Source: Bispira polyomma (Eukaryota). From it: 64,000 nucleotides of DNA. The stretch lies in contig OZ287750.1 in assembly GCA_965649765.1 (NCBI GenBank), forward strand, positions 27,714,001 to 27,778,000, given 5' to 3'. Shown here piece after piece: positions 11,201 to 26,200 of this stretch (positions are counted from its first letter, which is position 1; every line of letters begins with the position of its first letter). The notes under the pieces are model-generated. The model was not told the origin of the DNA. It saw nothing but the letters and a program-made list of their open reading frames with translations, and made no database searches. The translations under genes and the position numbers were made by a program.

Positions 11201-14200
11201 TGTGAGCAACGCCGACAGGCGACAGGCAATGCCAGGCGATTTTTTTCGCTACTACGAGCGAAAAAAATCGCCTGGCATTGCCGTCGCCTTGTAAACATTG
11301 CCGATTTTTTTATAATAGCTCAAAAATTACTGAAGGTATAAATTTAATGAAAATATGGTGAGGAAGCTTATTTTATTGGGTATATTGTGCTTTTTTTTGC
11401 ATCAAAATCGGTTTAGAAAGATATACAGGTTATAAAACATGTATCTATTTTCCCAAATAATTGTATAGAAACATAAAAATTAAAAATTGCCTGTTATACG
11501 TCGGCTGGTCGCCTCAGAAAGTTGCCTGCATGGAAACGCTCACTAACTTTGCAACTTTGCCAGTGAAATATCCTTGATTGAACTTATATAGTCTCATACT
11601 ATTTACAATAATACTGAATCTGTAGCATTTTAAATAACATAATATGACCCCAAAAAAAAATATTTTACAAAGTGAGCTAACCAAAGAATAGGACCAAAGT
11701 ACATATAGATTAGGTTTTTTGTCTTCAGTAATTCTGTGTTCCTACCAGAACTTGCAAAATTTGAGAACATTATTGTAATGCCCAAATGATTGAAGGACTT
11801 GATGATATTTAAAATAAAATATAAACAAAATAAAGGGATAGATTATCCAGGTTGTCATATAAAGTATGTAACTTCTATAATACATGAACTGTTTGCTTGC
11901 CTTGAAGAAGAGATGCCTGATACATTCTATTCATCTAGCAGCCCTTCAAACCACAAAGGGAGGGGAGGGGAGGGGAGGAGGGATCTAGTTGGACTAGATT
12001 GAAAACAAGAGCAGCTGCAACAATACAAACCTCACAGAAATTAACCTTAATTAACTGGTTAGAATTGAGAGAAAAAGCCATTGAATAGATTTTGAAAAAA
12101 AAACTCACTCCACCTTTCACAACAAGGCCAAAGAGACGCCAGGTTTAGTTAACTTTGAGGTCTCTATACTATACTGTACTACACCATACAAGAGAGGGCT
12201 ATATACTGCTTAACAAAGACTGGACTTGCTGTAAATAGTCCTCACTTTAAGGTTATATATCTTAAATTAAACACACACACAATAGAATAATTAGGTAAAC
12301 AATGTTTATGTCATATATTCCCATTTTTAGGTCTATGGACACTTATAGATAAATAACTCTTTTTATGCTGCTTGTTGGTGATTAAAAAAACAACAATAAG
12401 GTGTTCCATATATAAGCTCAATAATATATACCTATGCTCTACCTGTATGTGGATCTACCTCTTCTTGCTTGGGGTCTTCCAGTGTATATATAGTAGGTGA
12501 GACAGAGTTCAAACAACTATTTTCACTACATTTCTAAGTGAATTAGTAGTAGAAAGTTTCCCCTATGTCATCATTGTACACATCTCACTGTAGTTACCGA
12601 GGTGTGTATTGTGTAGTGTATTTGTCTTATACACATGTGTCCAATTTGTTGAAGAACAGCTGAACACAAATAGCTTTCAAAAGTTTCTCTTTTTTGGAAA
12701 GATATATAACTCTAAACCCTGAATTCATTGCTCAATCTTTTTTTGGATATAATAGCTAAATCAATAAAATGACTAGTAAAATAATTCATCAAATTATGTT
12801 TTTTTCAGTACTTTTTTCACAATAAATTTTGCTGTAATATTCTCAGTTGAAATGAAACACACAAAATGCTTCATAAGACATTAAACCATGGGAAAATGAA
12901 GCCTAGTAGTATTTACCCAGACGAGGCAACCAAGTACACAGGTTATAACAGAGAATGTACCTGGGTAAACCAGAGGGCTCTTTTTTACACATATCTATAT
13001 ACAGTGTATAGTCAAAATGATGAAAAAAAGGGTAGAGGGATTCACTAGACTGAGAGGAGAAATAATCTCATTGAGTGTGTGTTTGTCTGGAGTTTAGAGT
13101 TTTCTATTTCCCTTTTGATTTAAAAGCACAAGTGATAAAGATTACGTGTACAAACATTTATAACTGAGAACAGTTTTTTGGGGAACAGAAAATAGACCAA
13201 TGTCTGACAGATAAATTTTGAGAAAACAATTACATGTACTGGTTTTCAAACAAAGATAAAATTAACCATTAGATGCATTCTGGAAGCTAATTTCCTCATC
13301 AAATAAAGAGGCAGAACACACATAATTCTCAGCATTTCTGAACATTTGCTTTTTTGGCCTATGGTCTTAACTGCTCCATTAAAATGATCTAATCACACCA
13401 ACACTTGCTAACAAACTTTCAAAAATATTTATTAAATATTCTATAAAAAATCAGTTCATTCATATACATGTTACCAAGCTAATAATAATAATACTTAAAA
13501 ATATTTACCAGACCAATAGTAAACAAATAAGGTCAGCCAACGATAAGGTCACACATGCTGAGTACAGTTATTAACCATCAGTGTTGTTAGCAGAGTTATT
13601 AATGTGTGTGAGTAATGCACAAAGCTTGTCAGGGTGGCCATGTAACACAAAACTGCCTGGCTCTGGCCCTCCCCCAGCTGGGAGGGGAGAAGGGGAGGGG
13701 TGCAGCCATTATGTGTGGCCACCACCTTAAGCTAGCTAAGCCTTTAGTACCCCTAGAGACACACACCAAACCACAGCACCTCACACCATCACGTCATCAC
13801 CCCGCAGACTTGTCTGTAATGTAACAGAATGCTCATCACCTCTTCACCCCTATTCTCTTTGAACCTGTTGCTAACAAGGTCATTTTCTATGGATCTACAT
13901 GGAACATTTCTTGTCAGTGATAATCCTCTGGGGTAAGAAATAAAAATATGTCTAATGAGCCTATTATCTTTATGTTATTGCTCTACATTTACTTGTCCTA
14001 CAAATACATATATTCCAATAACATCCCATTCTATTTATGCTGCAATTCTTGTATAGACATTGTAATTCAATTCAATTTGTTGGGGTATAACTTTATTAGA
14101 AGTACACATCTGTATAGAAAATGTCAACATATACAACTGAAAAAACACTGATACCAAAAATACTTTTTTTTCTGAACAAAGGAAGATACAGGTAGGCAAC

Positions 14201-17200
14201 AACTCTCTGGTAGAAAGACCAACTTCAGAGCTTATGCACCAAAAATAGCAAACCTTAACTCAAGCTGGAACATTGGATTTTCCTTGCATCAAATCCACAT
14301 ACTTTAACCTAAAACTTTCTTGTAAATCTTTAAGAGTAAGATGAACAGCAATAAGTCAAAAATTATCAATATTTATAGACTGACCTACAGCCACACTTTT
14401 GATTTTGATTTTTCTTATGACCATATTATTCTCTTCTGTAAATGTTTCTCTTCTGCCAAGAGCATGCAGTACTGTTAATAATCACTCAGTGAACAGACTC
14501 TTATTTAGCACTCTATTTAGGGGTGAACAGCTCTACAACATCATTAGTTTCTCACACAGTTAAAGCTACTGCTGCTTTGCTCCTATATGGAAACTTTCAG
14601 GTCACTCAGTACTTAAACCATCTTGTGCATCCAAGTCACACTGTTGTATTTCCAAACATATTCACAAATTGCACCAGATGATGGCTAACAGGTATAGATG
14701 TTTCAATCTGGACTTCCTTGAGAATAAAAATACTTTGTCTGGCCCAAACATTAGTCAAACTATTGCAAAACGAAGTAAATATTTAATAAAAAAGCATTAA
14801 GCATAAAGATCACCTCACACTACTCAAATGTCGTCTGCTACATTCTGGTCTGAAGTAAATTTGTTTTAATGGGTGAACTATTCCAGCCCCATCACTGTGT
14901 ATGCTCTCTCTTTCTCTCTCTCCCCCACACACCTTACCTCTCCTTAATATGGCCAATTTTCCATGGTTCTGGTGTTAGACCTAGTTACCAAAGTGGCCCA
15001 ATCAGGGCCACATATGCAGGTTAATAACTCATTACAATGGTTAAGAGGCCTTAAAAGGCTTTCAGGAACACAACTACCTGGAACAATGCCTAAACCTAGC
15101 AAACTGCATGCATGCAAATGGCTTTTGAAACATTAGCTGTGGATTGCAACATATCTCTAGGTAGTAATATCTCACTCTAAATTCTGCAAAATCTGGAAAA
15201 CTATTTTACACTACAATTAAATGAAACTTCATTACAGAGAATCCATCATTGTGGAAATTAACCATTGCATTGTGTTTTCATTCTACAAAAAACAAACTAC
15301 TAGGCTTCAAAACTTAGATATATAGCACTTGTTTCTAGCCACAGAGTGGTAAGCCTCCTCTGTCTGCTCATTATCAGAGACTTTGTACTGTGTCAGTGGT
15401 TTTTATCCCTGTCTTGTTAATCAACCATGTCTATCTCATGAGGTTGGAGGTTTTTTTATGTACACAAACTGCACCACAGTCTACAGTAGTAGTAGATGTA
15501 AGAAATGTACTCGGGGAGGTGTACCTAAAATGCCAATTATATTTACAACTACGAACAAGTTGCTTCTGAAACAGAAAGGTTATGACACCTAGAAGCTTAT
15601 GTGTGTACTTTATTTTATAGATAGATCTACAGCCGTTAAAAACTGAACAAGTTTTAAGTGGTGGTGGGTTTTTTGGGGTTGTTGTCGGAATTTTGCAAAA
15701 TTGCATCCAGTGAAAAAGAAACACACCCTCCTTAATGGGAGGAAGTTTGTCAAATCCAATATTTCTCCCCTGTTACTATGTGAGTGTGTGTGTATGTGTG
15801 TGTGTGTTATTTTGTATATATATGAGATACATCATTCCTCACAAAGAGGTAGGAACTGACCCCACTTTTACATCTTATCACCTTATCTATGACTCCTCTC
15901 TTCTGGATCCAGTCCACCCCATAAATCACACAGCTAACCATATACTCCAGACAGGCTAGCTACACATCTCTACTCAAGTCTTCTATTATACTGTACAGAA
16001 ATACACTGTACTATATACATAAAACACAGCCACAACACCCACAAAGGTAATCTCTGAATATATACAGATATAAACTGAGACCATTCTACTTGCTTAACAG
16101 TTCAAATGTCACATGTTAGATGAATGCATCACATTTTGAAGTTACTATATAAACAATTACGGTATTTTTTTACATCGTGTGATAAATTTAGATAACTGTA
16201 ACTAAGGAACACTGATTACTGAAAAAAAACAATCGTGGTTTTGCAATTTTTCTTCTTTATCCCAAAGTATACTAGCACAGTAGAATCGTGTGTAGTACTG
16301 CTTTTTAAAATAATAATTAAGTATCATTTTTCCTTATTCTGGCTAAATTTTAGCAGTATTACATGCTACATCATATCAGCATTTTAACAATGGTTCTGTA
16401 TTTAAAAAAGCCAGAAATTAACCAGAGAGAAACGATTTACACTTTATAAATCTATGTTAAGCTGTTCATTTTTAGAAGGCAATGTCTTCATAACATGTTC
16501 ACAACTTATGGCCAATACAATAGGTATCTCTGTATAGGTTTCATCTGCCATCGTTTTCAGTCATGGTCAGTAGTATATACTTCTGTACAGTATCTTCACT
16601 GTCCACACATTTTACTTGTACTGTTATATCAATATATCACTGTACATATAAATATCTACCCACCACTAAGATATCATCAAAGCCATATCTCTAAGTGGAG
16701 CTCTTTTAGCTGACTGCTGTTGACGCTATTAATACACATACCAATCAGGTATAGTATACAGAGAAGAACACACACAGAAACACATCTTCCAAATCCAGAT
16801 TTTCCTTACCACTTTTCAGCATGGCTGAGCAAAGGGGCAGCTTAAAAGCTTCTTATGTCTTGCATTATCTAATCTCTGGATCGGATTTCCACATCAAAGG
16901 CTCAAGCTCAGGAGTTCACACGAAGTCTTCGTCTTGACCTACCCCCCCCCCCCCCCCCCCCCCCCCCGTCTCCTGATGATAAATCATTCCATAGTGTCTT
17001 AAATGTCACTATGTCAGCTGTATTCCCTACAAGCGAGTGTCATTTGGGATGTTTATTGGTATTAAGTCTAATCTCCATTTACAGTTTCTTCTATGTTCAA
17101 TGTTGATTATGGTATGGTGTGACATTTATGTGAATTGTCCCTCTATTATGAAGAACAAAAAACAACATACTAGCACAATTCCTAATTCATAAGGGACACA

Positions 17201-20200
17201 TTATAAGCTCAATCCTGTATTATGTTTTATCCAAAAAGTTCAAAAGAAATATATGATATTGGTTATCAAACTAGTAAACTATGCACTTTGTTTGGATATT
17301 TATTAAGTAAGAAATCACTACAGGTGGAATTAAGGGGAATGAGGAGGTCTAAAAGAACCCATCACACCGGTATGTTTTCATGCTGCACCCTGTTTATATC
17401 TATATGTATGATATCCAGGAAATGTTGCCCGTGTGTTTAGATGTGTAAAAGATCACAGACCCTTTTGCTAATTGAGCCACACACCAGCAGACGAGATATT
17501 TCTTCATAACAATAAACTAACACATTTCCCGCCAAAATCTCGCCCGCCGCCCGAATGTTTGTTGATTCTGATGGGATTAGTTTACCAAACCCACCCAGAG
17601 TTGTTGTGGTTATGGCATTATAAGCATTATCAAAATAACTGACAACATTACCATGGAAAGCAATGGTGCTTTGATGTTTTGAATTCATGATAGCAAGGGC
17701 TATTTAACACACAGCTCTTAAACTATACTCAACAAAAAAAATCCAAGAACAAATAGAGAGAGTAGGTTGAAAAAAGAGAGGTAGTAGATTGATCGATTGT
17801 ATAAGAACAGGTTTTCACCTTGCTTATATAAATACTGTGAATACTGTTGTTGTTTCTCATCTTTTCTGGTGTTGATGGAAGGAAATAAGGAATGTTTTAA
17901 TCAAGATACAATTTTAGATAAGACACTTTTGAGTTAATCACTCTTTCCCAAAGAGTCTAATTCCTTTTGTGTTAGTGTTTATGATTCATTATATACCATT
18001 GGACTCTATTTTCAATTTTGATATCCCCCTTTTTCCTTTTCATCTTCAAAAAAGGTAAATGAATTTTTACAGTAAAATTGGCCTGACATATGGCATGGGG
18101 TTCTTTATTAAAACAATTTCTCGGAGTAAATATAATCACAGTCAAGGCAAAAAAAGAGAAATACGTTTATTATTTAGGCTGGCCTCAGAAGTGTGGTGCA
18201 ATTAAGGAAAACATGATAACGATGTTAGGGTGATTACAGAAATAATAATGTAATTGGATTTGGGGTTTTTTGCCTCTTGTCATATTTTCAGTTGCTGGTC
18301 TGGTATTATTATTTTTGTTGATAACTAGGGGGTTGGTAGAAAGAGGACACACGTACCCACACCTAATAAGCACTTTGTCCTGATTGGAATAGAGAAATGA
18401 GCAATTGTGAGGCTGTTTCCTGTGAAAAATGGGGAGGTGGGGGTACAGCTAAATGGTTTTAATTGTGTAGGATGTCATCACTTTTTGTGTACCCCTCCCC
18501 CACTTCCTTATTAACGTGCCAATTGGTCCCTTCTACTGGCAGTGGGCAGACGACACTTTTAAAATCTCCAAACCCTAACCTCTCGCACTTAAACTCTTAT
18601 ACAGATGGGCGATAATTCAAGATATAATAGAATATTTTACACACAAACTTCTCAGTTTTCATAAAAATACCATTTTCCATTAACCACAGCAGATTAGATA
18701 ACCTATATACAATACACGGCGGAATTAACTGTAAACTTAGTTTATAGTTTTTGGCAAACACTAGATATGCAAACCAAATGAAATGGGACAAAGTTAATTC
18801 TATTCCCAGCTTCCGTTTGGGTCCAGATAATTGTAATTTAGTCAGCACCATACAAGTCACGTCTTTTACCACCCACCCATCCTCCCTTATTTATTTACCA
18901 TCCATTACTTTATATACATAACCTTCTTGACAATCATTCATTTGTATATAAAACTGCAAACAGTTTAAATAAAAAGCTAATTCCACAGATTAACCTTATC
19001 TGCTGTCTTTATGTTACTGGTTGACCTGATACCCATGCTATTCACATATACACTGTACAGCCACTATGCCGGGAAATTCTCAAGACGCTCTCTTATTAAT
19101 TCTCTGTTTTTAATCTCATATAGATTCTATTCTTACAAACCACTTGGCTTGTATTAACCCCTGACAATAAGTATTTAATAAAACAGTTTTATCAAGTCTG
19201 ATACTCCACTTCTGATTGGTCTTCTAGAGAGCATTAAAACATCTCTAGATCTGTGTATGAAAATCTATCCCCTTCTACTGAGAACAAATCTATGATGACA
19301 GCTTGTGTACACAAATCAATGTTTCTAGTAGAAAGACAAAAAAAAATCTCTTTTTTTGCCTGTTCTTTATATTTCACTGAAAAGGCTTATTATACTCGGT
19401 CACCCAATCTTTTGATTGTAATGAAAGTTATTCTAATATTCCACTTTTTGTGACTTATGATACTTTTGACTTTGATCAATTATATAAAACACTTATATAT
19501 TATTCAAATATATTTAACTGATATTGGTTTATTAACCTTAATATAAGTGTAAACAAAATTTTAGAAATCATACATCTATAATAAGTAACTGTACTGGATA
19601 TATGGCTTCAACCTATATTACTATATAAAGCCCATGTATGTATGTATATATAGGTTTTTGCCCCCTCTTAGCTAAGAACAAATACACACAGCTTTGTTGA
19701 TTTTATGAAAATGTGGGCAAACATACAGTTAGTATAAAGCTTTTTAGTTTGGGTTTCATATGACTTTCTACATATATATCTATTTATACTGTATGTATAT
19801 CATAAATGTATCTGTGTGTATTTTTCTGACGTGTGTCATACAGTTACACATATATCATATACTATTTGTAGATATATATTATATGTATCACTGGACACTA
19901 TACATAGATTCAGTTTCTCTCAATAATATACTTCACCTGTATCTTATACCCAAAATACAAATCAAACAACTATATGAAAATATGAGTATTTTTGCCCACT
20001 TTCTTTCTAGATCTTGTATATATTATGTCTCAATATACATGCCTATTTCAAGTTAGCAATGTTCAGACCAAATTCGTGACTGCTACAATTAGTACAGGCA
20101 AGCAACCTGCAAGGTATAGCTGCTAACACTTATTTGTTCTCCATATTCAAGAGTAACAACAAACACCCCCCAAAAAAACAGAATCTGTTACTTCGTTACA

Positions 20201-23200
20201 AATACAAACTGGCTTTTAACAAATTATTAATTGGCCTAGCAGTGACTATGAATTGGGGGTGGATGTGTAACATAATTGGATTGTGGAGTGTTTTAAGGTC
20301 GAGGTCTCTTCACACATTTTAAAGGACTTTAGTACAGATGGAGAGAGGTGGAGGCAGGAGGGGGGATGGATGGAATTGGGGGCACAGACTGTTGAAATCT
20401 GAGCTGTGAAGATTGAGAGCTTATATTAGTGGACCTTAATGGACCATCTATCTACTTTAACCTAATAATATCTCACAACTAGAGTATGCTCTCTGATTTC
20501 CTCTACACCTAATATCGCTCACCACCACTCACAAACGCTGGTTATAACGTTAAAACACCATCATAATGTGACTACATGATCAAGAAAAAGGGCACTATGA
20601 TTCCAGGCAACACGATTTAGGCCATTGACTGAAATTTTTATCAGCTGAAAATCTCTGAAATATAGCACAAGCACAAATAGACAACACTTTTATTTACATT
20701 CTGTAAACTAAATCTATAAATTCTTATTAAATTAATTCTACTGGTTGAAATTTGGACTTTATGGAAACACGAAGTTGCTATTTTTAATACATGGTATTTT
20801 GGGTTTATGTACAAGCCAATAATATATTGCTGCAATATTGCATAAAACTTCTAACCATCATCACACGCGACAGGACATTCTTGCTTCTTTACACTTTTTG
20901 CTTTGGAAGAAATGTATTAAGGGAACTAGAGACACAAGACATAGTTGACTACACACTTGAGGAATTCAGGAAATGTGTTGAAAATGTCTTATCTGAGCTC
21001 TTTGAGAGAGTGGCATGTCAATATTGAGAGTTGCCGACACACACTGCCAGAGCTTTGGACGTTGTTTGCCAAGATGTCCTCCAAATGGTCATCAATTTGA
21101 GTTAGGGTGTTGCAATTTGTTAGTTTCGTAGGCAAAATGGGCGGGGACGAGAAGAGATTGTTAAATGTTGATCTTCACACAAGGTCTGTAAAGATTTGGT
21201 GTCTCAAGACAGCCACAGAAGTGCTACATCCTATGTGTGTATATATTTAATATATACACAGTTATAAGATACAGGGTCCTAAACTCAGACTCAAACTTAG
21301 ATTCACAACTCAAGTTAAGGTCAGCATTGTATATATGGAAATAACCTATACTTGTGACCATTCATTTTAATAGAGCTTTTACTACTGAATTCAAATATGC
21401 AGTGAGATTTTACTTTACTTTAGCCTTGTCCAAAGTGTATGGAGACATCAAAATGTGTGCTTAAGCCAGAGTTAAAACTTCCTGACTTTAAAAACAAGCT
21501 AAAATAGATCCACTATACTTTAAGGAAATAGTGCATTATAAATACCTTTAAAAAATATACAGGCAACGTATCGTTAAACTTTATTGATGATACACCCCAA
21601 CATCTAAAATTTTCTCTCACTCTCCCCCAAAAACCATTTAGTTTTAGTATCTATAAAACGTTGATCGGGCTAACACTGTGGTTTTCACAAGGCTGTAGAC
21701 AAACCCATTGACAAAAAGAAGAAGATCTTTTAAAAGCCATTTGTTAACATCAAGTAGGTAATAGCCAAAGCTCTATAGACATATCTACATACATTATACC
21801 TAGCTCATCCTTGATTTTGTGTTATCGCTGTTACTTAAATGACAATATAAATTTCACAAAATGATGCCAAATACCGGCAAAAATAGTCTATGGACTTACT
21901 ACACATATGTACACATAAAGAATGGCATCTCTCTTTAATACTCTGTGGTATGAAAGGATCAGCCCATTGAGTTTGTGTGAGAAGGAGGGGGAGGGAGGAG
22001 GGGGAGGTATCTGGTTTTTGTGTGGTTCCTGGTTCACACACACTGTCTATTTTGTCTCTCAATCTTTACCAGCCGCTAATTACAGAGGCAAAACTATGCC
22101 CAAGTTAAAGGTGGTACAAAAGGTACCCTGTCACTGTGTAATGTGGGGACATTCACACTGTGGAATGTGTTCTTCTCTCTTCTCTGTAAAACAGATTCCT
22201 TCATCAACTCCCATTTCAATACTTTGTCTTCATCATCAACGTTTTTAATAATTTGTATTTATTAAATTAGTCTTTGAAACTTTTAAACGCAAAATACACA
22301 CACATCATCAGTACAAAGTGTGTAGACACACATATACATAATGTGATTATTAAATTAATATTTTTTTTTTTAACATTTGCTTTTGTATTAAAACAAATTT
22401 AGATTTTAAGAAGACAACAAAGGAAAGTAGAAAAGCAAACACTGTAAACAAACATACTGTTTAAAATTATTAAAATGGGAGGGGGGGGGGGGTAATAAAA
22501 GAGAGATTGAGTAGATATTTTCTTGTAGATTGTTAAGCAAGGGACACATGCCCTCATCATGGCTTGCCATAGAAGGTCTAAAAATGTCTCTGTGTGTGTG
22601 TTAGTACTCAAAACACCGACACAAGTGCACAATACACAGCCCCAGATTTGGTCAAGGGAGCTACAGTGATTGATGGGAATTAATAGACCTGTCAGAATGA
22701 CTGAAGGAAAAAAGAACAGTAGTCTCCTCTTTCAGAGAGAAGGCCTGCTTTGAAAAAAGAAAAACACTCTTTTTAAAACTTACTAACTGATACCATTTTC
22801 AATTTCACCCACGACAGACTAACAATAATGGAGTGTGAGGGATCTTCTCTGTCAACAGACATTATATAGAGTTAAAACTAGTGAAGATGGACTGGCAGAA
22901 CATGAGAAAGACTCATTGTGTGTATCTATATGTATTATTTTGTAAACATGTATATAGGTGAAAATATTAAGCAAGAAAGAAGAAAACAGTATTTATATAT
23001 AATGATTTTATGTACAAATTTATAAAAAAAAAAGTGTAAAAGATTCTGACATATATATCTTTACAGCTTAACAAGAGGCATTCAGTTTCACAACGTCCAT
23101 TTACCAATAGGGTTAATATGTAGAATAACAAATAGCTATACAAACACATAATATACAAATAGAGTTCATTATCTAGTTTTGGGGTGCACCAGTATATCAA

Positions 23201-26200
23201 GAGGCATATAATAGTAGATATAGGGAGCCGAGGATGAGTTCTGTAGCATAAAATCCACAATAAAGGCTATCACCTATACCCATCCTGACAGACAAATATG
23301 AACTATTGCATATACCTACAATGTACGGTGAATCACAATGTACATCATTAACTAAAAAAGACAGCTATATACTTCATCAAAAGACCATCCATCTACTATA
23401 CTAGACACACTGAGGGTTTGATATGTAGTACAGTGCCCAGGGGAGTGGGGGGCCAAGAGAATGAGGTGGGGGGGGGGGGGTGTTCCTTCATCAGAACTCT
23501 CAAATCCCAGGGGTTGATATTCATCATACAGAAAAAATAGAAGAACTGAAATGTACAGTAATGAATTTCTGAACACATATCTATACTTATCAAAACAAAA
23601 TGGCATACTTCACCTGGGGAGTTTATATAGAAAATAACAGATTGTATGAGATTTAAAGATAATACACACTCTTTAAATTGATTTAATAGTATGTGATTAT
23701 TATACAGCATTCACACTTGTTTTTGTCTCCAAGGCATACATAGTCCTAGGTTTTACAAAAAAAATCATAGGACTGGACAACTCTGATAGTTTTTGGGTCA
23801 CTGGGCTGGATTTGTCTTATTATATATATCATGCATGGTCATCCTCTCTTTTATAAATATTAGATCAAATGTACATATTACTGGTGTTTTATGATTATTA
23901 AAACTGTTTAAAAGATCAAATTTATTTAAATAATTGAACTAGTGTACATATAACACCATTCAAAACCAAGTAACTTGCAGTTGCAAAAGAAATTTCGTAA
24001 TTTCTATGTATTACTTATAAACCTATTTAAGTGTAAGCATTGTATATTAATATTGTGTTACATTATCTATATGCAATTATTTTTTGTATGTTTACAGACT
24101 TTAGAAGACACTACCTACTTGTCAGACCACAACTCAGTGATCAAGCGAGGTTAGTATAGTTGAATTATATGAAACCTGGTTACATTCTACAGTAAAACCT
24201 TCATTATACAAACATGTTCTGAGAGAAAAGGTTTTTTTTTTGGTTCGTTAAATAGAATGATAGGCTTTTTAGGATAAAACGACAGGAAACCCCTAAATTT
24301 GGGAAAGTGTAAATCGAAAACTGAATGTTCAGATAATAGAGGTTTTCCTGTGCCTAACTATGTTAGTGATATTCTTATCAAACTTTATAATTCTATATAT
24401 AACTATATCTCAGTAAGAAAATTATTTGTGTTTATGTAATATATAAAAAAGTAGGTGAGATATAGAAGTACTACTATACTAGTATACATCTACAATTTCA
24501 TCCACCTGTCTATTATTAGAGAGTCAGTAAATTGGCTTTTAGCAAGAAGAGACACAGATAGTTTTCCTGAAAACTACTAAACAAAAAATTACTTCTAATA
24601 TTATTGCAACAGGTTTTTTTTTCTGAGGAGTTTTTACTCTCATTATACACAGATGAATTAAAGGCCGTCTTTGATCTTGGGGATGATGGTAAAAGCCATC
24701 TCACTTTACCCCCATCTCTTTCTATATCTGCAGTGAGTGTGTGTTTTAGTTTGTGTAGTTTTATGTCACAGACACATCATCAGCAAAGGGCATGATTTTT
24801 TTGTGTGTTGAGGAAAGTAGGGGGTCGGATGGGGGGGGGGGGGGGTGAGAGGTGATGTAGGGGGCGGGGACCAGAATTTCTTTTTTGTCACTCAAGTGCA
24901 CAAGGGGTCGTGTTGGAACCAACCTTGTCATTAAGGGACTCCAGTATCCAGGTACTCCAAATTCATGCCCACTCTGATGCCCCTCCAATTAGCAACCAAT
25001 TTAATCCTTGCCATCTAAATCCTTGCTTTAACATTGTATATAGAAAAACCATAAACATGTTGTCCATTTTATAAGCACTTTAAGGGTAAAACACTAAAAA
25101 ATGAGTAAAACACTTGTTGTGTTAAAGGATGTAACCATAAGTTGCTGTACAGCATATCCAGAAACTGATAAAAGTATTTTCTCATGGGAATTAACTGGAA
25201 CACACTTAATTCACCAAAACAATGTCAACATGCACTCCAATATCCCCTTTGCCATATCTAGTAAATCAATTCTGAAACCTGAACTAAAGTTAAATATTTT
25301 CCTGTTCATTGACATTAGCTGTGTAGTGGTCTCAAAAGTACATGTTTTTCCTTTGGCATATTTGTACAATGAATACAAAAAGCAACCGAGTTCACACAAG
25401 TGTCCTGTTTTGTGTTAAAGTAATGGCCATTTTTTACAGTTCCAAACAGCATTTTTTGCCTGCCCAAATACATCCTCTGTAGTAGCAGTCGATTCCTCCT
25501 CGAATAGTGTGAAGAAAGAGGCTGAATTGAGGATGACGACCATTTATCAACATCCCCCAATGTTCTCTCTTTAGCCTGTCACTGGAGATTGGACCAACTA
25601 TGTATCTTATCTCTCTGTACCTGTACCGCCCAAGGACGCGAATCGAACTCATGTCATCTGCATTGCTAAGCGAGTTTGTTTGCCAACTCTTGCCCACAGT
25701 ATCAGATACAGCCCTTACATACAGTATCTATATTTGATCGCTAGGTCACCTTGTTTCAGGCATGCGGAAACCAGACAGCGGTAAAGACGTGGTCATGTCC
25801 GGGGTGGCCTCCCCATCAGATGTCTTCTGCTCAGTCCCCGGCCGTCTGTCTCTGCTCAGCTCAACCTCCAAATACAAGGTCACAGTGGCTGAGGTCCAGA
25901 GGAGGCTGTCTCCACCAGAGTGCCTCAACGCCTCACTACTAGGGGGTGTCCTAAGGAGGTAGGTAGTCTACTTAACTGATAAGTTTCCTTCATTTGGTTA
26001 TTACTAAAGAAAAAAATACCTCTGTAACTCTATTGTGGTCTTTTGTGGTGGCTTAGTGGTTGGGCAGTTGGTCTGGTGACTAGAAGGTCCACAGTTTAAT
26101 GTGCCAGAATGCCTCCCTAGTAGGGTTGTCCCAGCAGGTAGATAGTCCATATATACCTATGTAGCTATGGGTAGGGAGTTTTGAATTGAATTTAATAGTT

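Noticed and set aside
20791-21027. ORF with a helical-looking tail ([35 protein letters not shown])
   Set aside because: No recognisable homology or convincing splice sites; lies inside intron 2.
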